The notes: generated by a model not told the origin, from the letters alone. A stretch of DNA of 38,836 nt from a virus (IMGVR_UViG_3300033994_001125:1-38836); one strand, 5' to 3'. Counted from the first letter of the stretch, positions 31,619-38,836 are shown. Numbers and translations are program-made.

Positions 31619-31667
31619 ATGTTTTATCAAAGTGAAAGATAATCTTCCTATAAATATGACAAAACAT
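31619..31667 (-). promoter_or_regulatory. Candidate late promoter ATATTTAT (31650-31657) inside an 11-bp hairpin abutting the SD
   Basis: Minus strand ATGTTTTGTCA...TGATAAAACAT-AGGAG. Confidence 0.45.
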
Positions 31668-31669
31668 CA

Positions 31670-31951
31670 TTAAATACTTTGTTTTTTATATTTTCTTTTT
31701 GGTTTCTCAACAGTTTTTTCTTTCTTTGTTGCTTTAGAAACTTTTGCATTATGTTCCTTTGTAACCTTCTTAACATTATGTCTTTCTATTTCATCAGCGT
31801 GTTCGTGGATAGTTTTGATGATTACTTTTTTATCTTCTAATTCAGTCAATACTTCCGTAAACTTATTTCGATAGTACAACCAAACACCAACCGCACCAAC
31901 TAAAAACGGCACTACCGATCGTAATACTATTTCTAAAATTTCTTCTAACAT
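31670..31951 (-). CDS. Small membrane-anchored protein with basic tail (93 aa)
   Basis: N-terminal TM helix, Lys-rich C-terminus. Confidence 0.7.
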   Translation of the reverse strand: MLEEILEIVLRSVVPFLVGAVGVWLYYRNKFTEVLTELEDKKVIIKTIHEHADEIERHNVKKVTKEHNAKVSKATKKEKTVEKPKRKYKKQSI

Positions 31952-31969
31952 AACCTTGCTCCTTAAAAA

Positions 31970-32515
31970 TCAATAAATGTGAAAAATGTAATTATCATTG
32001 TCTATTTTCTTTACAGTAACTTTTTCGTATTGACCACAAAAATGTGAAACTAAATAAATTATACTATATTCAAAGTGTGTACTCTTGTTTATGTTCAATG
32101 TAAATACAACATTATTTGAAAATTCTTTACAAGACTTTATCACAGTATCTATAAATTGATATTGTCTTTCACTATAAAGTGGTTTATCAAAAACACCAGT
32201 CAATATTGTCCAGTGGTATTTTTGATTATCTATATTATCTATAAACTCCTGCATCGATTCTTGTGTAGAAATCCATGTATGAGTTCTATGTTGAGGCTCA
32301 AAATCAGAAAAAAGTGTTTTAACTTCGTCTTTTATATCAACTGCTGTGTATTGTATGTCCAATTCAAATTGATCTAACACATCTATAAAATTCAATCCTT
32401 CTTCGCACGCACCAAAGTGTAGTACAGATTCGTGATTGCCTATACCAAGAAAAATAATTTCTCTTGATGTTTCGTATTTTTGGTTTAAAAATAAAGCAAA
32501 TTTTGAGTAATCCAT
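31970..32515 (-). CDS. Class I SAM-dependent methyltransferase-like protein
   Basis: SVLHFGAC (degenerate motif I), YTAVDI, YHWTILTGVF. Confidence 0.55.
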   Translation of the reverse strand: MDYSKFALFLNQKYETSREIIFLGIGNHESVLHFGACEEGLNFIDVLDQFELDIQYTAVDIKDEVKTLFSDFEPQHRTHTWISTQESMQEFIDNIDNQKYHWTILTGVFDKPLYSERQYQFIDTVIKSCKEFSNNVVFTLNINKSTHFEYSIIYLVSHFCGQYEKVTVKKIDNDNYIFHIY

Positions 32516-32533
32516 ATTTTATTTCCTTAAAAA

Positions 32534-33217
32534 TTATTTCCAATTTAATGCTTCCGAAATGTTCGGAAATTGATTAACAAAAATTGATTTTATTCCTTCT
32601 GCAATTTCTCTATGTTCTTTTTGGGTATCTGGTGAACAACGAAGTTCCAAATAATGAATCCAACTACGAACAGAACCTTTCATATACATTGTTGTTTCAG
32701 TTGCCAATGGTAGTACATCACGAGCAGTTTCTCTTGATGCACCTTCATCTATTAGGTATTGATATAACTCTTTACTTTTTTCTAAATGGTTATCTACCAT
32801 TTTACTTAATGTGGAATCTAAAATAATTTCTTCCGAACTTTGTCTATTTGTCTTTCCCTGTTTTCTCAATTCAATTGGCTGAATTTCTGTAGCAGTTGAA
32901 TATCTTTGAGAAAATTCTTGGAAGGAAAAGGATTTATGACGAAGAATTTGAGCTGCAATGCTTCTACGAGTAACAATGTCAACTGTCATATCTACGAATT
33001 CAAATGGAGACCAATGTTTGTGTTTAATTAAGTAGTTTATCAATTTTGGAGCAGTCTCCATGTTCATCTGATTATTTGGATTACTTACTCTAGCAATGTA
33101 AACAATCAATTCTTCGGGTGAAACTTTTTTTCTACCTTTTTCAGAAAATTTAACTAATTCTGATGGGTTTGTAATCGAAACTAATCTTACTGCGTCTCTA
33201 AATTCACTTGAAAGCAT
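32534..33217 (-). CDS. thyX: FAD-dependent thymidylate synthase ThyX
   Basis: HWSPFEF, QILRHKSFSFQEFSQRY, ETARDVLP, RSWIHYLELR, QKEHR. Confidence 0.95.
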   Translation of the reverse strand: MLSSEFRDAVRLVSITNPSELVKFSEKGRKKVSPEELIVYIARVSNPNNQMNMETAPKLINYLIKHKHWSPFEFVDMTVDIVTRRSIAAQILRHKSFSFQEFSQRYSTATEIQPIELRKQGKTNRQSSEEIILDSTLSKMVDNHLEKSKELYQYLIDEGASRETARDVLPLATETTMYMKGSVRSWIHYLELRCSPDTQKEHREIAEGIKSIFVNQFPNISEALNWK

Positions 33218-33220
33218 AAC

Positions 33221-33691
33221 TTATTTTTTACCTTTATTTATTTTTACCAATTTTATGTTGATTCCTGATTTGTCTTCGGTGATGATAACTGAATGGTCAC
33301 CTGTATAAAGTATCATAGTAAGCCATTTCAAAAATTTATTTATATCAGTATCTATTGGATCATTGAAGTTTTTATTTTTATCGGTTAAATCTTTTTTACC
33401 AAAAAAGTTTTCTGGATTCTTTATTTCATCTTCAAATTTATCTTCTTCCGAAAATGGTAAATCTGATGGTGGCATCATAAAATCATCTTCTTCTTCATCC
33501 TTTATATCTTTTTCTCGATTTTCTTTAATCTTCTTCATTATTTCCTGAAGCATATAGAAATCAAGTATTTGATTAAAGGTGTCTAAGAATCTTTGTAATT
33601 CTTTTTTAGACATCTTTTCATCTTTTTTTCCACCCATTTCTACTTCGTAGTAGTTTAACATGGATTTTAATTTAAGCTCTTGTTTTGTCAT
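33221..33691 (-). CDS. Hypothetical protein (156 aa)
   Basis: Co-oriented ORF filling the gap. Confidence 0.65.
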   Translation of the reverse strand: MTKQELKLKSMLNYYEVEMGGKKDEKMSKKELQRFLDTFNQILDFYMLQEIMKKIKENREKDIKDEEEDDFMMPPSDLPFSEEDKFEDEIKNPENFFGKKDLTDKNKNFNDPIDTDINKFLKWLTMILYTGDHSVIITEDKSGINIKLVKINKGKK

Positions 33692-33935
33692 TATTTTGCC
33701 TTTTAATTACATCTATTACTTCCATGTATTCATAATGACCATTCTTGATTTGATTCAGAGAGTAATCTTTTAATTCCTTACAGATTTTATGATTACTGCT
33801 GTAATGGTTTGCCATATCAATCATGGATTGCTTAATTTTTGATTCGTTTGTTCTCATAAAGTCCATTCTCAATGCAAACCACATTGATATAAACCCTAAC
33901 AAAAAAGATGATACTATGTCCACTAAACTCTCCAA
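33672..33935 (-). CDS. Small membrane protein (87 aa)
   Basis: N-terminal hydrophobic helix; TTG start; CTATTTAT variant upstream. Confidence 0.55.
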   Translation of the reverse strand: MESLVDIVSSFLLGFISMWFALRMDFMRTNESKIKQSMIDMANHYSSNHKICKELKDYSLNQIKNGHYEYMEVIDVIKRQNNDKTRA

Positions 33936-33994
33936 AATTGTAAACTACATTTCAGATAAATAGTTATGTTACGAGAGAAAAATGGTCGGTATGT

Positions 33995-34029
33995 AAAAAA
34001 TGTCTCAAATGTTTACTAAATTTGAGACA
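33995..34029 (-). terminator. Intrinsic terminator after the lytic transglycosylase gene
   Basis: TGTCTCAAAT/ATTTGAGACA 10-bp stem followed by T6 on the minus strand. Confidence 0.7.
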
Positions 34030-34053
34030 AAATCTCTCGTATATCATCTGGTA

Positions 34054-34560
34054 TTAACCAGTGATAAATCCCCTTATTTTAAGGTCTTTGTAGACCATTT
34101 TTGAAACTTTATTCCAATAGTGCTTCGTAGCACCTTTTTTGTGTCCATTAGGACCGCCATTCCACTTCCGTGCAATGATTTCCATATCACTCATTGTGAT
34201 GGTTTCCCAGTTAATGTTGGGATTGTAGAAATTCTGAAAAATCCAAAACATTTGTTCTGACTTTTCAGGATTTAGCCTATCTTGTAAAGTAAAAGTTTTA
34301 TTTATACCTTTCATTTTACAGATTCGGTTCACTTCCTTCACCATTACCGGTAAAATTTGTACTATACCAAGTGAACCATCCTTTGATCGTGCGGTTGCAT
34401 TGCCTTTTGACTCAACCCAAACGATAGATGAATATAACACACTCCTCATTGTTGCCGATTTACTTTCAGCATTTTTATTAACCGTTGTAGTCATTGCCAT
34501 GAACGGAAAACAAAAACCAATCAAGAATAATGCTATAACCCGTTTACATTTGTTAGTCAT
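34054..34560 (-). CDS. Lysozyme-fold lytic transglycosylase (SLT-like) with N-terminal signal/SAR segment
   Basis: IVWVESKGN (catalytic Glu), GIVQI, ARKWNGGPNG, YWNKV; hydrophobic N-terminus. Confidence 0.8.
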   Translation of the reverse strand: MTNKCKRVIALFLIGFCFPFMAMTTTVNKNAESKSATMRSVLYSSIVWVESKGNATARSKDGSLGIVQILPVMVKEVNRICKMKGINKTFTLQDRLNPEKSEQMFWIFQNFYNPNINWETITMSDMEIIARKWNGGPNGHKKGATKHYWNKVSKMVYKDLKIRGFITG

Positions 34561-34644
34561 ACTCTTGTCCTCATTATTGGATAATATATTTAACGAACCA
34601 TTCCGAGAATAATCTCAATATGGTTAAAAACATATACCGACCAT

Positions 34645-34660
34645 GTTTTCAAAGAACAAA
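34645..34660 (-). promoter_or_regulatory. boxA-like antitermination element
   Basis: TTTGTTCTTTGAAAAC just downstream of a promoter. Confidence 0.45.
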
Positions 34661-34676
34661 CTTTGATTGTATCATT

Positions 34677-34710
34677 CAAAGATACGGAAAATATAAATAT
34701 AATCCAAGCA
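34677..34710 (-). promoter_or_regulatory. Bacteroidota-type sigmaA promoter with an embedded ATATTTAT (34693-34700)
   Basis: GCTTG-N20-TATCTTTG. Confidence 0.65.
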
Positions 34711-34738
34711 TTTTTTTATTCTTTTTCTATCTCTATTG

Positions 34739-34822
34739 GATCTATAGATCTATATTATATTAGATCTAATTAGATCTATATCTTATCACTTTTCTCTGTG
34801 TTCACACTTTCTCCGTGTTCAC
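34739..34822. repeat. Palindrome and direct-repeat cluster (origin-like)
   Basis: GATCTATAGATC, TATAGATCTATA, TAGATCTAATTAGATCTA; tandem CACTTT(T)CTCYGTGTTCAC x2. Confidence 0.75.
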
Positions 34823-34824
34823 TG

Positions 34825-34858
34825 GCAAGATAAACAATTTTACCTATATGATCAAAGC
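34825..34858 (-). promoter_or_regulatory. Promoter-like element facing the palindrome cluster
   Basis: GCTTTGATC head, N20 spacer, TATCTTGC (imperfect -7 box). Confidence 0.5.
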
Positions 34859-34866
34859 AATATCTG

Positions 34867-35523
34867 TTACCAAGCAAGAACATTTGGATATTTCCTCATT
34901 TTTTTGATTGGCGTTTGAACATAATCGTATTTGTTTCCACGATAGAGAAATGTTGAACCGCCACCATCCATGTTGATAGCATCCTTACAACCCAATTCCA
35001 ATAATCTTTTTGGTAAGTCCACCACTCTGATACCATCACTTATGTAGATAAACACACTATCTCGGTGATGACTGCCAAATACTGTTCTCGGCCTTCTGGC
35101 AGTGGTGAAACTATTATTTGGTATCTTTTGTGGTATACTGTCTATAACGAGTAGTGGCGTTCCCGCAAATATGTATTTTGACCATATTGCTGGCACACCA
35201 TCACTACCGCTGAAGTGTAAATGAGTTCTTAGATTGGGCACACCCCATCCATGTGGATCATCAATAGACACGAATGGCCATTTGTGAGGATTATTGGGAT
35301 ATACTTTTTCATGGTTCTTAAATGGTGGAACTACCGCCTTTGTTGTGAAGAATGATAAATTTATCATATTCCTCAGTTTATATTTTACAGAATACCAACT
35401 TGGGTGGCGTAGTGTATCTGACGAGAATACATGAACTTTGTTTAGTGGTAACTTTATCACCCATTCCTTCCCCCAAAGCATCGGTGATACTAATAGTAAT
35501 AATAAAATAATCCGTTTCATCAA
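34867..35523 (-). CDS. Phosphodiester glycosidase (NAGPA) family protein with signal peptide
   Basis: GTPLLV, RRPRTVFG, LGCKDAINMDGGGST; MKRIILLLLLV signal. Confidence 0.85.
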   Translation of the reverse strand: MMKRIILLLLLVSPMLWGKEWVIKLPLNKVHVFSSDTLRHPSWYSVKYKLRNMINLSFFTTKAVVPPFKNHEKVYPNNPHKWPFVSIDDPHGWGVPNLRTHLHFSGSDGVPAIWSKYIFAGTPLLVIDSIPQKIPNNSFTTARRPRTVFGSHHRDSVFIYISDGIRVVDLPKRLLELGCKDAINMDGGGSTFLYRGNKYDYVQTPIKKMRKYPNVLAW

Positions 35524-35564
35524 ATCCCTTCAAATAAATAATTAGTAAAAAAAATTTCAAAAAG

Positions 35565-35598
35565 TGCTTGCTTGGTATTTCTAAAACTCTTATATTCG
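35565..35598 (+). promoter_or_regulatory. Bacteroidota-type sigmaA promoter
   Basis: GCTTG-N20-TATATTCG; upstream ATTTCAAAAAGTGCTT shared with the repeat unit at 36.5 kb. Confidence 0.6.
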
Positions 35599-35642
35599 TA
35601 ACAAATATAGTTATTTTTTGTTACATATCCAAAGGATTTGTT

Positions 35643-35849
35643 ATGGCGTTCTATCTCGCTAAAGTTCAGTTTGAAATCACAAACGAACAAGGTAAAGTCA
35701 AAAGACATAACCGTACTTATATGGTTGATGCGGTTTCAGTCACAGATGCAGAAGTTCAAGTGAACAAGTATCTAAAAGACAGTACCGAACCATTTGAAGT
35801 AAAAACTATTTCTGAATCAAAAATTGTGGATTACATCAATGAGCAATGA
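35643..35849 (+). CDS. DUF4494-family protein (68 aa; start revised to ATG 35643)
   Basis: FYLAKVQF...GKVK...YMVDAVSVTDAE...FEVKTISESKIVD. Confidence 0.75.
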   Translation: MAFYLAKVQFEITNEQGKVKRHNRTYMVDAVSVTDAEVQVNKYLKDSTEPFEVKTISESKIVDYINEQ

Positions 35850-36282
35850 AAAATTTAATACCCTGCTTGACGAATTTAAAAAGAATTTCCAATTAGTTTC
35901 TGATACTGAAAACCTACAAGACCTAAAAGAAAAATATGCTTCATTAGAAATAAGTCGTGAAAATATATTTGATTGGGTAGTTGCTAATGTAGAGGATGAT
36001 GAGGAAAAAGGAGACTACATGAGGAGATTTGGTAAATTTGAAAATTCTCTATGGTATAGAGAAAATACAAATGAAGTCGTTGCAGGTATTCCTATTTTTG
36101 ATTTATCTATTAGTTTTGATGATATTGACCAAATGTTTGATGACTATGGTTCATACTTTCAAAGATATGGTTGTCTATCATCAGAACAAATAGTTTCTTG
36201 GGATGCAGATTCTGTATTGTTTGATGACGAATTTGGCAATATAGAGATAGTAAAACGCCCGGACATTCTTTTGAATGTATAA
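35839..36282 (+). CDS. Acidic hypothetical protein (start revised to ATG 35839)
   Basis: ATG overlaps the end of the DUF4494 gene. Confidence 0.7.
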   Translation: MSNEKFNTLLDEFKKNFQLVSDTENLQDLKEKYASLEISRENIFDWVVANVEDDEEKGDYMRRFGKFENSLWYRENTNEVVAGIPIFDLSISFDDIDQMFDDYGSYFQRYGCLSSEQIVSWDADSVLFDDEFGNIEIVKRPDILLNV

Positions 36283-36310
36283 AAATCTTCCTCGATTATG
36301 AAATCGAGTT

Positions 36311-36412
36311 TAAGTCTTTATTTTTCAAGGATTTACTTCATTTTTGGGGTAAGTCCTTGATTTTTATAGACTTATATCAATTTTACATAACTCCTTACAA
36401 ATCAATGGGTTG
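36311..36412. repeat. Three 25-bp imperfect palindromes at 38-39 bp period
   Basis: TAAGTCTTTATTTTTCAAGGATTTA (36311), TAAGTCCTTGATTTTTATAGACTTA (36350), TAACTCCTTACAAATCAATGGGTTG (36388). Confidence 0.65.
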
Positions 36413-36429
36413 TAATTTTTTTTAAATAA

Positions 36430-36676
36430 TGCTTTGATCTTAACCAAAAACGCCTTATATTTGTAGTGTAAGATGATGAACAACCAAACAAATATAAACA
36501 AATTTTCAAAATTATTTCAAAAAGTGCTTTGATCTTAATAAAAAATGTGTTATATTTGTACTGTAAGATGAACAACAACCAAAACGAAAACAAAAAAAAA
36601 TGATAAAAAATAAAAAATAATGCTTTGATCTTAACCAAAAATGCCTTATATTTGTACTAAGAAATTAACAACAACC
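36430..36676 (+). promoter_or_regulatory. Three tandem sigmaA-type promoters (95-96 bp period)
   Basis: TTTG-N19-TATATTTG at 36433/36456, 36528/36551, 36624/36647, each followed by AACAACC. Confidence 0.85.
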
Positions 36677-36690
36677 ACTATTTTGAGGAA

Positions 36691-37017
36691 ATGACCATGA
36701 GACAAGTAACAATATTAGCCGTTTCAAATTGGCTTATGCGTAAAAAATTCCGTAGAGACAATACACACACAGACGGAGATACCCTATATCTTCATAATAA
36801 CCCTATTGCTCAAATTGATACTGATGGAAATGTTTTTATCCGTTCTGCCGGATGGGAAACAAAGACAACCAGAGAGAGACTTAATGGTGTTCCTGGTGTC
36901 CGTATCAATCAGAAAAACTGGCAATGGTATCTCAATGGTCAAACATGGGTAAATTCTCACCAGTGGACATACATAGGTAAATGGTCACCAGAAAATGGTG
37001 GTATGATTATCCACTAA
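36691..37017 (+). CDS. Hypothetical phage protein (108 aa)
   Basis: LYLHNNPIA...AGWETKTTRERLN pattern; GAGGA upstream; first gene after the promoter array. Confidence 0.75.
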   Translation: MTMRQVTILAVSNWLMRKKFRRDNTHTDGDTLYLHNNPIAQIDTDGNVFIRSAGWETKTTRERLNGVPGVRINQKNWQWYLNGQTWVNSHQWTYIGKWSPENGGMIIH

Positions 37018-37066
37018 TCTGTTCACTAATTTAGTCAATAATTTAATCAATAACTTTGGAATCAAT

Positions 37067-37582
37067 ATGAAAAAGAAAATAGAATTGAAACGAGCAAAAA
37101 GACACGAAGCTATCAAGATGAAAACAGTAACCTGTGAAGGTGGTGACACAACAAGTAAATGGTATTCTGGCCGTAACTGTAATGAGAAAATTCGTGTAAT
37201 GGAAAACATTGTCTCTGCTGTTTGTTGGAAATGTGTTGCATCAAAGATTCCAGGTCCACAACTCAATGAGAAAAATGTTAATACCGGCTTTCCTCGTGGC
37301 TGGAAGTTTTTCAAGGAATTTGTACACGAAGATGGTCGTGTGTTTCATAAGGGCGAAGAACAAATCAATCTTCGTGGAACATTGAAACCTACTGAAATCA
37401 AACCCATTGTAAACAAACCGAGAAAGAAGAAAGAAACACTTGACGATAAAATATCGGAAGAATACAACAAGAAAATGCGTAAAACTAAACCTGCAAAGAA
37501 AGTAGAGAAGAAAACTGTCAAGGCAAAGACAACCAAGACAAAAACTATCAAACCAACAAAGACAACCAGGAGAAAGAAATGA
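37067..37582 (+). CDS. Cys-containing (possible Zn-binding) protein with Lys-rich tail (171 aa)
   Basis: C..C..CWKC; GFPRGWKF; histone-like basic tail. Confidence 0.7.
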   Translation: MKKKIELKRAKRHEAIKMKTVTCEGGDTTSKWYSGRNCNEKIRVMENIVSAVCWKCVASKIPGPQLNEKNVNTGFPRGWKFFKEFVHEDGRVFHKGEEQINLRGTLKPTEIKPIVNKPRKKKETLDDKISEEYNKKMRKTKPAKKVEKKTVKAKTTKTKTIKPTKTTRRKK

Positions 37583-37857
37583 TTGACACACCAGAAGGAA
37601 AGTTTTATACTGTTCCGGAAGTTGCAAAGATTCTCGGTTGTTCGTTTCAGTATGTCCGTAAATTGATAAACGGCAGACTCCGGAAATACCAATCATACAA
37701 AATCTATGAGAAACCAGTAGTTGATCAGTCTCTTGTTCTTCATGTTCGTAAAGACAATCAAAAGAAGGTGAAATATATGATACATGAAACAGCGGTTAAG
37801 TCCTTGGTAGAGAAAAAGTTACAAAAAATAAAAAATAATGCTTTGATCTTATCGTAA
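37579..37857 (+). CDS. Helix-turn-helix DNA-binding protein (HTH_17/Xis-like)
   Basis: FYTVPEVAKILGCSFQYVRKLING; ATGA overlap with the upstream gene. Confidence 0.8.
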   Translation: MIDTPEGKFYTVPEVAKILGCSFQYVRKLINGRLRKYQSYKIYEKPVVDQSLVLHVRKDNQKKVKYMIHETAVKSLVEKKLQKIKNNALILS

Positions 37858-37872
37858 AATTACTTATATTTG
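37839..37872 (+). promoter_or_regulatory. SigmaA-type promoter, fourth copy of the repeat
   Basis: TTTG(37842)-N19-TATATTTG(37865). Confidence 0.8.
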
Positions 37873-37928
37873 TATATCAAAATTGATAAAATAACAACCA
37901 TTAAACAACCATCTAAGGAAACTGTCTT

Positions 37929-38836
37929 ATGACAACCATGCAAAACATCGCAACTCTTCTCGAAACTGCTCCTCAATTCAAACCAGAGAGCTTAATCATT
38001 TCCGATAGTAAATGGAAATTCATTGTCCGTGCCGTTCTTCGTGGTGAAAATATCATGCTTCGTGGTGACGCCGGAACCGGTAAAACACTTGCCGTGACTA
38101 CTGTTGCCAAGGTTATGGATCGTCCATTCTTTTATTTCAATCTTGGTGCTACACAGGATCCTCGTTCAACACTTATTGGTAATACCCATTTCAACAAAGA
38201 GACCGGTACATATTTTGCCCAATCAACATTTGTGAAGGCAATCCAAACAGAAGGTGCTGTAATTTTGCTTGATGAATTGTCTCGTGCCCATCCAGAGGCA
38301 TGGAATATCTTGATGACCGTTCTTGATGAATCACAAAGATATTTGCGTATAGATGAATCTCCTGATGCAGAAGTAGTCAAAGTGGCTGACGGCGTTTCGT
38401 TCCTTGCTACATCCAATGAGGGCATCCAATACACATCAACTCGTAAGGTGGATTTTGCTCTTGCAGACCGTTTTGCTATCTTGGAAATGGATATTCTCTC
38501 AAAATTACAACAAGAATCTCTCATTCGCCATGCTTGTCCGAAAATTGACGATAAAACGGTAGAAATTCTCACCAGTATCTATGACCAAATCAATACTGAA
38601 TTGGCTACCAACAATGGTAAAATTCAAACGAGAATGTCTACCCGTTCAATGATTCGTGCCGCCAGACACATTTGTGACGGCTTCTCAATCAACGAGGCAC
38701 TTGACCTTTGTATTTACCCATACTTTGATGGTGAAGGTGGTCTTGATAGTGAGAGAACATTTGTTCAAATTATTGCACAAAAATATGTTGGAACCGGTAA
38801 TCTTGAAAATGACAATATGTTTGATGAAGCCGATAC
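37929..38836 (+). CDS. MoxR/CbbQ/NirQ-type AAA+ ATPase (partial, runs off window end)
   Basis: Not in ORF track. MTTMQNIA..., Walker A GDAGTGKT, LIGN, Walker B ILLDELSRA, ATSN, ALADRF, STRS. Confidence 0.9.
   Translation, partial: MTTMQNIATLLETAPQFKPESLIISDSKWKFIVRAVLRGENIMLRGDAGTGKTLAVTTVAKVMDRPFFYFNLGATQDPRSTLIGNTHFNKETGTYFAQSTFVKAIQTEGAVILLDELSRAHPEAWNILMTVLDESQRYLRIDESPDAEVVKVADGVSFLATSNEGIQYTSTRKVDFALADRFAILEMDILSKLQQESLIRHACPKIDDKTVEILTSIYDQINTELATNNGKIQTRMSTRSMIRAARHICDGFSINEALDLCIYPYFDGEGGLDSERTFVQIIAQKYVGTGNLENDNMFDEAD

Noticed and set aside
30444-31951. Lipoprotein plus TM protein as a spanin pair
   Set aside because: Not adjacent or nested, and the lipoprotein is long and helical rather than short and Pro-rich
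35378-36638. Minus-strand ORFs 35378-35560, 35520-35708 and 36402-36638
   Set aside because: Overlap real genes or the promoter repeats; composition reflects A/T runs
36430-36676. CRISPR-like repeat-spacer appearance
   Set aside because: Repeats are degenerate, match promoter consensus, spacers are low-complexity A-rich, and no cas genes are present
36985-38572. Minus-strand ORFs 36985-37314, 37241-37696, 37345-37692 and 38132-38572
   Set aside because: Antisense to well-supported plus-strand genes, including the AAA+ ATPase missed by the track

Overview
AT-rich, gene-dense segment of a large lytic myovirus-type phage, probably infecting an FCB-group (Bacteroidota-related) host. Positions 1-35.5 kb are almost all minus-strand. 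They start with a contractile-tail baseplate module: a tandem family of paralogous wedge/fibre-attachment-like proteins, gpI/gp7-like, gp6/J-like and gp25-like wedge proteins, a gp5-like spike with a repeat linker and an LRR-like C-terminal cargo, a second LRR-like protein and a 1251-aa multi-hydrolase. They continue with a gp55-like sigma factor, ClpP, UvdE, a FISUMP protein, ThyX, a secreted lytic transglycosylase and a NAGPA-family protein. After about 35.6 kb the genes switch to the plus strand (DUF4494, small ORFs, HTH, MoxR-type AAA+ ATPase), behind repeated TTTG-N19-TATATTTG promoters. The most unusual signals are: (i) the spike/LRR/multi-hydrolase cargo cassette joined by shared in-frame GGTGAT repeats; (ii) a candidate late promoter ATATTTAT, essentially the reverse complement of the T4 late promoter, with hairpins that would occlude ribosome binding; (iii) 5'/3' complementary structured UTRs plus a boxA around the lysin gene; (iv) an origin-like palindrome cluster; (v) three 25-bp palindromes followed by three tandem promoter/minigene units. 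All family calls come from motif recognition by eye; no searches were run. No tRNA, rRNA, CRISPR array, integrase or reverse transcriptase was seen.
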